Shown here: positions 50,898 to 63,831 of the stretch, piece by piece
How the letters are laid out: each line of letters starts with the position of its first letter
Position numbering within the stretch: the stretch's first letter is position 1
DNA from: Mobula hypostoma
Taxonomy: Eukaryota
DNA length: 64,000 nt
Direction: 5' to 3'
Assembly: GCF_963921235.1 (NCBI RefSeq)
Contig: NC_086097.1
Coordinates: forward strand, 144,338,001-144,402,000
Made by a program: the position numbers and the translations under genes
The notes under the pieces: generated by a model
Told to the model about the DNA's origin: nothing
Databases searched by the model: none
Seen by the model: only the letters and a program-made list of their open reading frames with translations

Positions 50898-53014
50898 TAA
50901 TGGTTAGCACAACGCTTTACAGTACCAGCGGCCCAGGTTCACTTCCCACTGCTGCCTGTAATGAGTTTGTACATTCTCCCCATGACTGCATGGGTTTCCT
51001 CCAGGTGCTCCAGCTTCCTCCCACAGTCCAAAGACGTACCGGTTATTAGGTTAATTGGACGTTGTAAATTGTCCCGTGATTAGGCCAGGACTAAATTGGG
51101 GGATTTCTGGGCAATGTGGCTGGAAGGTCCAAAAGGACGTAGTCCGCACTGTATCTCAATAAATAAATAAATAGTTTAAGCTGTAAGAATGACACAGTGG
51201 CATATATATATATAAAAAAGAAATTACAGGTGCTGGAAATCTGAAATAAGTACAGAAAATGTTGGAATCACTCAGCAAGTGAAGCAGCTTCTATGGAATG
51301 AGAAAAACGGCTAATGTTTCAATTCTGAGACATTTCATCAGAAGGGTGGATATTGGGTCCAGCTGCAAATAAACAATGATCCCTTTAACTAGTGAAGGTT
51401 GGTGAGGGAATGGCCTTCAAGCTGCTAAATGTTGGCTCCATTGTACGGCTCCGCAGGAATGCACTGACAGCCATCTGGCAGGTCTGTAGACAGCTGTCAG
51501 ATAGATGCAGAGTGCATCGTAACCTGCTCCTATTTTCCACACCTCCTCATTGCAGCAAGAAGTTGGACGTGCAGTGGAGGTCAAACACATGATCACTAGC
51601 TCTGCCCTGAACCTAATATTGAGCTGTAGAGATATACAGCATAGAAACAGACTTCTGCTTACCATGCGTATGCAGAATATTGAATACCTACTGTAGCTAT
51701 GCTAATTCCACTTACCAGCATTTGGTTATTAGCTTTCTCTACCATGGCCATTCAGATGCCTGTCTAAATAATTTTCCAATGTTGAGAGGGTTGCTGCCTT
51801 CACCCCCTTCTCAGTCAGTGCATTCCAGATCCAGGTTCCCTCTGTGTAGGAGAATGTTCCATCAGGTAACCTGAAATCTCCTGTGAAATCATTCTATCAA
51901 GAGTGAACAGTCTGATCAATGTTTCATTCTCACGTATGAATGCAATAATTACACTTTCTGCACATCATTCCAAAGACATTTATTCAGTAAATGATTAAGC
52001 TGCAGGGCAAGGCTTGTGGCAGATCTGACCATTCAGCTTAATGTCATCCACAGCTGGCACATCTGATCCAGTCATTCAATCACTCCAATGGGGCTCCTGA
52101 CTCTTATGAAAAGAACTTTTATTGCTTATCTTTATTTAAGTGTATACGTAAGATCTTTTTATTCGCTATAATTTAGTTCCTTCCTTCCTGTTTCTAAATG
52201 TCCTTGACCATCAGAGACACAGGAAACAGTGTGAAGGCCTTCTAGGAGAAGGATTCTTGAAGCTCTGAGGACAGACTGGGGGCGTCCTGCAGCCGAGTTG
52301 CCACTCAGGGCTACTCACCTTGCAGACGGAACACAGCAACACTGTTACCAGCTCCTTCGGGGCGCAGAACGCTTAGGCTTAGCTTGACTGCAGGGCTACC
52401 TCGCGGCATACTCTGCTCTGGGACCAGCAGGGTTTGACCCAGGATATGGGAATAATGTTAAATGCAACGACAGCTGAGTCATATCTCAAGCTGCCTCCTC
52501 CACATACTCACGGTGTTCACACATTGGCACCATTCCAGCGCAGGAACTGATGCAGACACAGGCACAACTGATGCTACTTTAAATTTAACTTGGCACCTTT
52601 AGCAGGCAAACAGCAGGCTTCAATGAGCCGAGCTTTGCTGCTACACACACATTGTATAACTGAACACTCTCATGCATTTCCACAGAAGTATTTAGAAAAG
52701 AGCATGTACATAAACATGCAGTCAGTCACATACAGTATACTGTACTCATGCTGTATGTGTTTTTGTGTATCTACACATATGCTTACATATGATATCAGTA
52801 TTGGTGTTATTACACAAGTGAATACACATTTCAGCCCAGCCCTGTCCACCCACACTCCTAGCCTTTCAGACCACTTCTCTGCATGTGCAGCACTAAATCT
52901 GGGTGCACACAGTGATTCCTAGTGCAGAGCAGGGTATTTTACCTCACAGTCACTCAGAGCAAAGATCCTATAGACCCAATAATTTTCAAAAATTACAGCA
53001 GTTTTTGCCATTTT

Positions 53015-53374
53015 TAAACACCAAGTCTACCCCAATTAGAATTATAAACCCCAAAACGGCCTCAATTAGAATTATAGACTTCAAGTTGCCACAATCAGAA
53101 TTATAAACATGTCTGCCCCAATCAGAATTATAAACCCCATGTCTACCCTAATTAGAAATATAAACCCCGTGTCTACCCTAATTAGAATTATAAACCCCAA
53201 AGCTGCCCCAATTAGAATTATAAACCCCATGTCTGCCCCAATTAGAATTATAAACCCCAACTCTACCCTAATTAGAATTAAAACCCCCAAACCTGCCCCA
53301 ATTAGAACTATAAACACCACATCTGTCCCAATGAGAATTCTAAACCCCCTGCCTGCTCCAGTTAGCATTATAAA
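53015..53374. repeat. 30-bp minisatellite, about 12 units
   Basis: Unit ~TAAACCCCATGTCTGCCCCAATTAGAATTA; one further unit at 54452-54483. Confidence 0.95.
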
Positions 53375-54455
53375 GCAGCAGCTGATTGGCAGGAAGCAAA
53401 GAGTAGGGGTAAAGGGAGCCTCTTCTGGTGGGCTGCCGGTGACTAATGGCATTCCACAGGGGTCTGTGTAGGGGCCAATTCTTTTTATATTATATGTCAA
53501 TGATTTGGATGATGGAATTGATGGCTTTGTTGCAAAGTCTGCAGACAATATGAAGATAGGTGGAGGGGTAGGTAGTATTGAGGAAGTAGAGCGGCTGCAG
53601 AAGGACTTAGACATATTAGGAGAATGGACAAAGAAATGGCAGATGGAATACCGTGTCGGGAAATGTATGATCATGCTCTTTGGTAGAAGAAATGAAAGGG
53701 TTGACCATTTTCTACATAGAGAATAAATATACAAAAAACATACAGAAGTGCAAAGGGACCCAGGAGCCCTTGTGCTGATTCCCTAAAGGTTAGTTTGCAG
53801 GTTGAGTTTGTGGTGAGAAAGGCAAATGCAATGTCTGCGTTTATTTCAAGAGGGCTAGAATATAAAAGTAAGGGTGTAACGTTGAGACTTTATAAAGTGC
53901 TGGTGAGGTGCCACTTGGAGTATTGTGAGCAGTTTTTGGCCCCTTATCTTAGAAAGGATGTGTCGAAACTGGGGAGGGTTCAAAGGAGATTCATGAAAAT
54001 GATTCCAGGATTGAACGGCTTGTCATATGAAGAATATTTGATGGCTCTGGGCCTGTATTCACTGGAATTCAGAAGAATGAGGGGTGACCTCATTGAAACC
54101 TACCTCATTGAGACCTTGATAGAGTCGATATTTCCTATAGTGGGAGAGTCTAAGGAGTCTAAGACCAGAGGATGCAGTCTCAGAATAGAGGGGTGACCTC
54201 TTAGAGTGGAGTTGAGGAGGAATTTCTTTAGCCAGAGAGTGGTGAATCAGTGGAATTCTTTGCCACAGGCAGCTGTGGAGGCCACGTCTGTGGAGGCAGA
54301 GGTTGATAGATTGTTGATGGTCAAGGCATGAAGGGATTCGGGGAGAAGGCAGGAGATTGGGGCTGAGAGGAAAATTGGATCAGACGTGATGAAATGGCGG
54401 AGCAGACCCAATGGGCTAAATGACTAAATGCTGTTCCTATATCTTATGGTCTTAT
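53375..54455 (+). mobile_element. CR1 LINE, 5'-truncated RT pseudogene
   Basis: VTNGIPQGSV*GP; DDGIDGFVAKSADNMKIGG (FADD mutated to SADN); LYKVLVRCHLEYCEQF; tail TCTTATGGTCTTAT. Confidence 0.92.
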
Positions 54456-56345
54456 AAACCACAAGTCTGCCCCAATTAGAATTGTATCAATTTCCTTGCC
54501 ACTAGTCTGAAATGACTAGTAACTCCAGTTACAAGCTAACCAGTGTTTTATAAGACCTCTTTGCTCTTATATTCTGTGATCTGGCTAATGAAGGGTATGT
54601 CCTCTTCACTGCTGTCTACCTGTGCTACAGTATCTCCTGGGATCCTCGGATTTCTGTCTCTATTCCTCAGTACTTCCAAGGGCCCAACCTTTGTTAATCT
54701 TCCCAAAGTACATGAACTCACAGTTATCCGGATTAAAATTCCATTGCCCTTCCCATTTTACCAACAGATCAATATCTTTCTGTTACCTGATGCTTTACTA
54801 TCAACAATACTATTAACGCAAGTGTCATCTGCAAACTTTACTGATCATATTGGAAGATCTCATTGACTGTTTCTGGCATTCTTTGTTTCTTCTGTAAAAT
54901 AATCTTAGCGACGTGAGGGCGCACTGGAATTCCAAGGGAATAAAAAAAAATTGACAGGAAGGAAAGAGACTGAAAGCAAAGAAATACCAGGGAAAAGAGT
55001 TGTTAGTTGTATTCAAAGTCAGCATCCTTGATTGACTGTTGACCTAGCCGGGTTAAACAGAATGCCCACTGATGCAGCCGGTTCAAGAAAAGCCAGGTCC
55101 TGCCACTTGATGGCAGCAGAGTCACACAGAAGGCAGCCACACTCCTTGTTTCGTGAGAACAGGTGCAGTGAACTGGGCACATGGCAGAATGGGCCCATTC
55201 TGTTACTGTTTGCTTGCCTAGAGCAAAACTATTGACAGAATATGTTAACAAGTGTCCCAAAGGGCATATGGCTTAAAGCACATATTTGTAATGGTCCTTC
55301 TATCAGGGGATCACTTGGATGCATGAAAAATACATTACAGAATCTACTGAGACAACAAGAACATTTTCGGTACCTAAGCAATGTAATAAAAATGACAAGA
55401 GAGTGATAGATCTGTGTTTGTTGGGATTTGACATAGTGAATACAGGAAAGTTCAGAAAAAAAGCTGATTGTTATTATCCTCCGCTCTTGGCTGAACACAC
55501 TGCTTTTTGTTATGATGGGGTTCCACAGCTAAAGGTGACTCTATCTACAGTATGGAGCTCTCTTTTATTTGAGAGCTGATGCATTGAGCCATCGAAGCAA
55601 CATCTCTTGTGCTCACACCCAACATGGTGAGATTTCAAGCCGGGAAAATGACCCTGAGTAGCATCTTGGCTTCTTTCCAGTCGCCATGACACTGTGGTTT
55701 CTTGTTGTATTCCTCCTTAGGTCGTTGCTGAGGTCAGCTATCTTAGTACAGACCTAAGATCGAACTTGGGAATTCCTTCATTAGTTCTGTTCCAGAATCT
55801 TTAAAAAATGTCCTGGTTTCTTTTTCAAAAGGAGTTGCAATGCTGAAACCCGTTGAGTGGGAGTCTTTAAATGACTTCCCTTATTAACACTGTGTCATGA
55901 TTCGGAATTTGTTCTGACCCTTTTGTAGTGGATCCCAATGAAACAGATAACCTTCCATTCACAGAGCATTAATAAACATACCTTTAGCACTGCATTTACT
56001 AATATAGATTCTATTAATATTTTACACGCTAAAGTAAACCTCATTGACATAATATGTTATAATTATGTGGTTTTTCTCAGTTTTTCAGTCTTGGTCTGTC
56101 CTGTGTTTCTGTGATATCATACCGGAGGAATATTGTATCATTTCTTAATGCATGCATTACTAAATGACAATAAAAGAGGACTGTGTGTCCTCATAATCTA
56201 ATCTCCTAATATATCACTATTAAAGCATCTATTTATAATCATTAATATAGCAGTAAGTAATAAAGCTACCAGTAAAAGCACTTATTAATATAAATTACAT
56301 AACAATAACATCCACAATATAGCTTTGATATAGCATCTTTTAATT

Positions 56346-56885
56346 TCAGAATCAGAATCGGGTTTAATATCATCCGCATGTGTCGTGAAATTTGTTAACT
56401 TACCAGCAGCAGTTCAATGCAATACATAATACAGAATCTATCAATCAATCAATCAATCGATTATAGTATATGTACTTCGAATAGATTAAAAATTGTGCAA
56501 AACCAGAAACAATATATATTTAAAAAGTGAGGGTTCAAAGTCTATTTAGGAATCGGATGTCAGAGGGGAAGAAGCTGTTCCTGAATCGCTGAGTGTGTGC
56601 CTTCAGGCTCTGTACCTCCTACATGATGGTAACAGAGAGAAAATGGCATGCCCTGGGTGCTGGTGGCCCTTAATAATGGACGCTGACTTTCTGACACACC
56701 ACTCCTTGAAGATGTCCTGGGTATTTGTTAGCTAGTAGCCAAGATGGAGTCGACTAAATTTACGACCCTCTGCATCTTCTTTCAGTCCTGTGCAGTAGCA
56801 CCCCCTGCCTCCATACCAGACAGTGATGCAGCCTGTCAGAATGCTTTCCATGATACATCTATATAAGTCTTTGAGTGTTTTTGCT
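56346..56885 (-). mobile_element. Rex/Babar-type LINE 3' fragment
   Basis: TLKDLYRCIMESILTGCITVWYG in ORF 56732-57043; (TCAGAA)n tail on the plus strand. Confidence 0.85.
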
Positions 56886-56909
56886 GTCAAATTTAGCTGC
56901 CATTTTTTC

Positions 56910-57075
56910 CCAGCTTCAGGATGTTGAAATCCTTCTGCAAGCAATGCTGTACTTTTGAAGTGACGTAACTGCTGTATTGCAGGAAATGCATCAGGCCACT
57001 TGTGCAATGATGCTGTTTGAGGTATAAATATTGGCCAAGACACCTGCGTTGATCTTCAAAGTAGTGTAATGAACG
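56910..57075 (-). mobile_element. DeuSINE-like fragment
   Basis: GTACTTTTGAAGTG...GAGGTATAAATATTGGCCAAGACACC is the reverse complement of a Deu-domain motif; similar piece at ~48935-49115. Confidence 0.55.
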
Positions 57076-57860
57076 CTTGGAGGTTTTTGTTTTCCATTTA
57101 AAATGAAACCCTAACTTTTCAGCTCAGAGGAAGGAATGGCAGTGACAGAAGAGTGAGAGGCAGGGTGGAAGCATGGGACCTCACTGCTTTGAACCATAGT
57201 GCCGGATAAGTTGAGAGACAGAACACCTGCAATTTGCTCAGAGAATGGCTTCGTGTCCGTTTAACCCCATGCAGAACCTGACCCAGCATAACATTCCCAT
57301 CAGGCACATCACTTCCCATTCACACTCAATATGTCGACTGTAGCATCCAGAAAAAACATCCCTTGATGTATAATCCTGCTCCAAGGATAACATTCTCCCC
57401 AGTTAGCCTGTTCCATAGTTCCAGTACACTCAATGGAGTCAATCCATGGCTTGAAGTCAGTTAAAGTCAGCAGCAGGCTGTCAGCTGACAGGCTTTCAGC
57501 ACATTAACACCTTCCAGATAAGTGTCAGCTTGGCTCTCTTCAAACACTTCCAACTCAGAGTCAGAAGGTCTTAAAAGGTGGATTTAGGACATCTTGGTGA
57601 GGAAAAGTAGAACAAAGGAGCAGGATCTTAAAATCAGAGCTGGGTCCATCGAGGACACTTTCTTTTACAGAAGCGATGGAGAACCTGGAAGGCCTCGGAT
57701 GCTCAGCTCATTGGTATCTCATGGTAGTTAAGTCATAGAGTAATGACATAGTTAGATAGGTGGAGCTACAGTACATAGAGACATCAGAGGCTCGAGGTCT
57801 GCGGGTCCGTGAGTCCAATGGAGACTGGAAGCCTGGGGCGGCCTGTCCTGGGGTTGGAGG

Positions 57861-58816
57861 TGTCACGGCCCCGTCCGTGAAGTCCGCATTCCGGTTCATG
57901 GTCCAGTCCATGGATTCCACACTCCGATTATTCTGTTTTTCCCTTGATCTGTTAGGTGCCTTAATTGAGGCACCTGATTCTCATTTCGGGCTGGCAACAT
58001 AAATAGCTCTGGGGTCCAGTGATTCCTTGCTGGACCATCCTCGTCAGTAACCTCGTCAGAATCCCCGTCAAGTTAACCCGCCGGAGTGAGACTAGAGCCG
58101 CTCTCTCCAGTTCCTGGGCAGCATCGAGGGCTTGCCGCTACTTGGAGCCTTTTCGTGTCAGGATAAAGAACAGTCTATCATTCTGTGGTTTTGTCTCTCC
58201 ATGTTCTCTCCTCCGCTGGGAAGGTCCAGCCATTTGCCGCTACCCTGAGTGGGGAACTTTCTCAGTGTTCTGTGTCCTGTGTCTAAGAAGAGTCTTGTCT
58301 CTATATCCTGTGTCCAAGGAGGAGCCTCGGCTCAGTGTTTCATGTCCTGTGTCTAAGAAGAGTCCCAGCTCTATGTCCTGTGTCCAAGGAGGAGCCCCGG
58401 CTCAGTGTTCTGTGTCCTGTGTCTAAGTCAAGTCTGTTCCAAGTCCAAGTCAAGAGTCGGTCCAAGTCCAAGTCCAAGTCAAGAGTCAAGTTCCAAGTCC
58501 AAGTCAAGTGTCGTCCAAGCCAAGTCCGAGTCTAGTCCAAGCCATGTCTGAGTTCTAGTCAAGAGCCAAGTCTAGACCCAGGTACCGAGTCCCTGCCAAG
58601 ACCCGAGTTTCAAGTCATGACCTGAGTTCCCTGTCAAGTTTAAGTCCCAAGTCCAAGTCCAGGTTTTCCAGTTTGTCACTCTACGTCTAACTCCGTGTTA
58701 TCATTTTCTCCTCACTCCTTGGCTTACCTAGCATTCTTAATAAACATTGTCCAATTCCTAGTACTTCAGTGTCTGTGTCTTGCAATTGGGTCAGCTACCA
58801 TCGCAACCTTGCAACA
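57861..58816 (+). mobile_element. Solo LTR (Gypsy-type), 956 bp
   Basis: Starts TGTCACGG and ends TTGCAACA; 5-bp TSD GGAGG (57856-57860, 58817-58821); AATAAA at 58739. Confidence 0.85.
58261..58660. repeat. 70-bp tandem repeat (~2.4 units) followed by degenerate (CCAAGT)n within the LTR
   Basis: Units start at 58261, 58331 and 58401; CAAGTC hexamers at ~58425-58660. Confidence 0.9.
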
Positions 58817-60965
58817 GGAGGACTGTCTGTGTGTGTGAGTGAGTGGCTGGCTGGATGGGACGGAAGAAAAGGGGCTTGTATTACTGTCGATGTTTTGTTG
58901 TTTTGTTGCGCTTCTTCTACTGAACGTTGTGGGTGTGCTCTGCTGGCGAGGTGACACTTGCGGTCCCCAGCACAATACAAACAACCTGTTTTACTGTAAG
59001 TTTCGATGCACGTGTGATGAATAAGTGAATCTGAATTTTCATCATGATCAAATTCAACGGAAGAACAGGCTCAGGGAGCTGGAATGTATCATCACATTCC
59101 AGTACTACCTGCTTAAACCTTTCATAGGTATATATGTCATTGACACTACCAGACAGAGCTTTATTATGAAGTCAAATAGACTAGGTGCATACTCCAAAAC
59201 AAGGAAGACCATATACGAGTTTTATAGAGTATTAAAGCTTACAGTCAGTTTATGGATTAGGCAGTGGCCATGTACAAAAGTTGGACACAATATATTGTAT
59301 CTCGTAAATATCTGAACAAGACGGAAGTAGTGTGAGTTTGGTGTGGAGGGTCCAGATATTATTGCATATTATAGGAAATAACAAGCCGTGTTATGGAGAA
59401 CAGTAGACTCTGTTTGTATTCAAGGAAATGGTAGAATCTGAATATTGATGTTAGCTGATCTTAGTGTTTATTCTAGGATCGGATCACAGTAGACCCATGA
59501 TTTTCTACATGCTTCAGCAGTCCTTATGTATATGGAGAGATAGTGTAATCAAAGTCTGAGTTTTAAACCAATTTTCCAGGAATGTTTAGATGTTTCTTGT
59601 CTAAGCATTAAACTGAGTTGTTACAAATATGAAAAAGTGGTAATATATGTTATAACTCACAAATTTTAAGATTTTTGGGACAACATTTTATGACTCAGTG
59701 TTAAATAAGCAAGCATTAGCAGGTCATCTTCCCTGAGACAGTGTGAAAAATAGAAAAAGCTTTCCTCTCAATATGTGTGGTCACTTTGATAAGGTTTCAT
59801 GTCCTGCATGGTTGACAAGGGATTTCAGCACTTGTGATTTGTTGAGAAAGGAGGTTCTGTTTCGATATTCAGGGTTTGCTGTGAAATAATTGCTTATTTC
59901 TCCAGGGGAGAAGTTGTACTTAGTGATGCCATCTAATCCTAGCTTCATTTTAAAGATTTTTAGAATTGTTATGATATAGTTTAACATGTATATGATATTT
60001 GAATTTTTTAATGAAAAGTAGGTTTGAATCGGTAAAGAGTTACGTTGAGTGGATACAAAGCTGACATTGATAAAGCATTTGTTCATGAAGCATTAATGTA
60101 GACAATTTTTTAGTGTTATCAGTAAATAATGAAAATGCAGAACAATCAGGAGAACAGCAGGTTCAACATATATAAAGTAAAATAGAATAACTTATGCTTC
60201 ATATAGTACAGAGAATAATTGATCCTGAATTGAATGCATATAATATAAAATGCACAATCTATTATCCTATGTAACAGAAACCCCTCTGTACATTAAGGAA
60301 AATATCAAGCCATTTATGTTAGACAGAATTGCAATTCTCATATTGTACAGAATAGAAGACCTAGTAAACAATATATAATAGTCAAATTTAACAAGATAGT
60401 AGGATATGGCAGATATTGTTTGTATTTTAGTGAACAGCAGAAGCAGCCTATTCTGTTGGAAGTAGCAGACCCAGTATATTTTACAGGGAACAGAGATCTT
60501 GTATCTTGTATGGAAATAGTTTCTCCTACTTCATATAATTGCAGGAATCACAATATGGAGAATAACATCCCCTATATTTGTTGTAGGAAACAGGAAACCT
60601 TATTAATGTAATATATAATTAGCAAATCTTGTGTATATTACAGAAGAGCAGGGCTCGTGTATACAGGAAATAGAATCTACATTAATTATGGCAAAAAATC
60701 TGAGTGTGTATACAGTATTTAACTGAAACATCATAAAGACGTAGTGTCGTAGAGCACGAATATAGTCTCCTGACCCACCATATCCATGCAGTCCATTGAG
60801 TATCGTCAGACCTTTAGTCACATCTGTCAATACCCATTTTCCAACTGGCGTCACTTCTTACCACTCAGGTGGAAGAAAGTTGCCAGGTATTTCCATTCGC
60901 TGACTCATTAAAATGCAAAATCCATCCTAGATCTCCTGGAATAGGTGGTTCGGTACATTGTAATA

Positions 60966-61744
60966 CAGTGGATTCTGGTTAATTGGGACACATCATGACC
61001 AGTACAATTCGCCCCAATTATGCATTAAACTATCATTTAACTGAGTAACAAGTAATGTATTTAAATGAAATACAGAACAAATTAGGACAATCAATACTAC
61101 TCCAGTACTATAAAAACCTGTATTAGTTCCTAACAGTTATCGATGGAGGAATTCATCCAGTGTATGCTGCCATGCTCTTTGTAAATGAACAAAATCAGTG
61201 CTGACGTCCAACGGAGATAACAGACGGCCTTCATACAATACTATTGACAATTGTATCCTACAGATCTTCATTTTCATTGTAACATTCAAGATGACTGTCT
61301 GTACCTACAAATTCTTTGTAGGGCCTAACTTGTTGAAGTAGTGAAATCATTTAATTTTCACTCCCAGCCATTTCTGGCATCTCCAAACCTGAACGTTTGA
61401 AATGACAGCAAGCAAAGCAGTTCTGAATTGTCTTACTGCTTATTTCTCACCAACAATCAGTGACAAAGATACTCTTTTTAAACACAAGTCTATATAACTA
61501 ATGCTATTTAAAAAGTGTTCTCTCTAAGCACAGTGTAGTGTCTAATGGCCACACAAGTGCACGTGACTAAAGCTTGTTAGAAACTGTTCGGCAACAGCCT
61601 ACTTTCCCAATCAAAGCAGCATAGTTTCCCAAATAAACGAAGGGAATACAAGCTATTTTCTTGATTTGTTTGTGTTCTTTAAGATTTGTCCCAGATAAGT
61701 GGCAGCTCTGATTAATCGATTGCCCAATTAACCTGAATCCATGT
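60966..61744. mobile_element. Tigger/pogo-like non-autonomous element
   Basis: TA-CAGTGGATTCTGGTTAATTGGG ... CCCAATTAACCTGAATCCA. Confidence 0.8.
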
Positions 61745-63831
61745 CGTAGCACAAAATGTGTATACCTTCAAAAGCAGTTCCTTTTCTTCAGGACCCTTCT
61801 GAGCTGGCACCCTGAAGTTAAGATAGATCACTAACTCATGCCTCTTTCTGTCTCCATAATCTTCTTCGTAACTTCAGTGCAGAAGAGAACCAATTCAATT
61901 CACTGACCTCCTGAGCATCTCATACTTTCTGCTCATTACACTGCCACAAACCACTTCCTTTTCTCTTCAATTAAGCTGGCTCTTAAAACCTAATTTGATT
62001 TTAATAAAGCTTTAGTCACAAATCTTGATGTCTTCTTCTTTGTCAATCTAATGTTGAGGCACTTCACTTCACTGAAAGGTTTGGCTTCATTTCTTTATTG
62101 TTAGCACAGATGGTTGCTCCACTTGCTTAATTATAATATACTTGCATGAAAGGTCTTGATATGCAGTCTAAATGAAACATTTTTTCTGATATATTGGTTG
62201 ACCTAAACTTTAAACCAGTTGTCTCAAATGCTTTATCTTCACTAGCATGATTAAATAGTGAATTATGACATGGACTAACAAATTCATCTCATTTAATGTT
62301 TGATTTGTAAAGTGTATACATTTTAAAAAAGAACCTTTCCAGGGAATTTCTATGTTTATGTTTTTACTTTTTTCTTAAGGTTGGGGTATTACTGATGGCC
62401 TGGCATCTATTGTCTATGCCAAGTGAGAATGAGGTTGTATATCTTCTTATTTCTGCTCATTGCTGAAGAACATAATCAATGGAAATATGGAAGTTCTGAG
62501 AATTAAATTTTGAAGGAACTGTAAACCTGGTGACAGTTCCAGAAGTAAAAAGCCATCCTCACCCTGTCCTAAACCTGTACATGCTGAAGAAGATCTGCAC
62601 TATAACACAGCTCCCCATTGCCTCAAAGTGTTCTCATAACCTAGTGCTGCACCAAAAGGACTGGAACAGTAGATCTCAGTGGTGTTGGCTGGCTTTCAGG
62701 AGTAGCACGTTTGCTCTTGTGTAAGCTCACTGGAGCTTAACTGTTCTTCCTAATTCAAATACCACTACAGAGAAATACCAATGAATGTGAATGCTGTCTT
62801 AATATCATTCAGGAAAGAAACTAACAGCCCTAATCTTTCTTGGTTGATAATCTTTCCACAAACCTGATATTCTGTCTTTCTATGTGAGGAGGTTAAGGCC
62901 TGTTACTGAAGAAACCATGGAAACTTGCTGCAATACATTCTGTGGTTAGTACTCTGTAACTTTCTAGGAAAGCATTACTTCAACATTGTAAGTTAATGGT
63001 TCCTTTCAAGGTACAGCAGGAGATCTCTGCCAACCATCTCAACCTGTGCACTGTGAAGTATGTGACACAAATGCTTAATTTCTCTAAATTTCACCATGGA
63101 ACATACATTTACTTTATCTCCCTGGCCTCTCCGGGCTTACTTCTTAGAATAGAAAGGGGGTCTGTCCCACAGATGTGCACTAGGACCATGGCCAAATATA
63201 CCCAAAGGAGCTCACAATGTCAGTGTTTTACACCAGTACTTTTTACATCATTAAACATGTGCAACATCATTTGAATTATCTGTGTAGATATTAGCTTACC
63301 CTACTGAGAAAGCTGAAGGTTGGCATAGTGAAGAAACATCAGATGGTAGAAACGTGGTAGAGCATGTCAATGGTATTCTCAGGTAAAGTTCACACCTGAA
63401 TTGATGGGGCAAGGTTGATGCACTGGCAGAAATGTATCAATAAGGTCCAGCCAAGAGGTCCAAAACTGTTATTAATCAGCCTGTATCCAACATTAGGCAT
63501 TTCCGCAGACTCAGAAGACCTCCACATTGACCTCTGCTGTTTTTGTTGGAAAATGGGGAATAGTCCCCAGTACAGACATAGAATCATTTAGTTTTGTAAC
63601 ATCTTTTAGTATACTGAAAGTCACTTGACCTATCATGATTAGCACCTTGATAGATCAATTTCAAAGATCCACTCACACCAGTACTGCAAGTGTTTTCTTT
63701 TCAGCTACATATTTAATTCCTTTCCGAAGAACTACTGTGTGCTTATTTTCACACCCTTTTAATCAGTACACTGTTGAACATAATTTAAAAAATACTCCTT
63801 GTGTTCTCACTGCTTTATTTTAACTAGTTGG

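Larger units (their letters stand above)
50595..51173 (+). mobile_element. Full-length V-SINE interrupted in its tRNA head by a Penelope hairpin
   Basis: GGGGGCAGCACGATAGTGTAATGGTTAGCAC head; V-domain GGGTTTCCTCCAGGTGCTCCAGCTTCCTCCCACAGTCCAAAGACGTAC; (AATA)n tail. Confidence 0.85.

Noticed and set aside
53015..53374. 30-bp repeats as a CRISPR-like array
   Set aside because: Units are head-to-tail with no unique spacers, there are no cas genes, and the context is vertebrate
53081..53734. Longest ORF (217 aa, minus) with periodic hydrophobic repeats, resembling a membrane or repeat protein
   Set aside because: It is the antisense of a CR1 RT fragment fused to the 30-bp minisatellite
58019..58535. 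ORFs with SKSKSK and CPVSK repeats
   Set aside because: Translation of the tandem arrays inside the solo LTR
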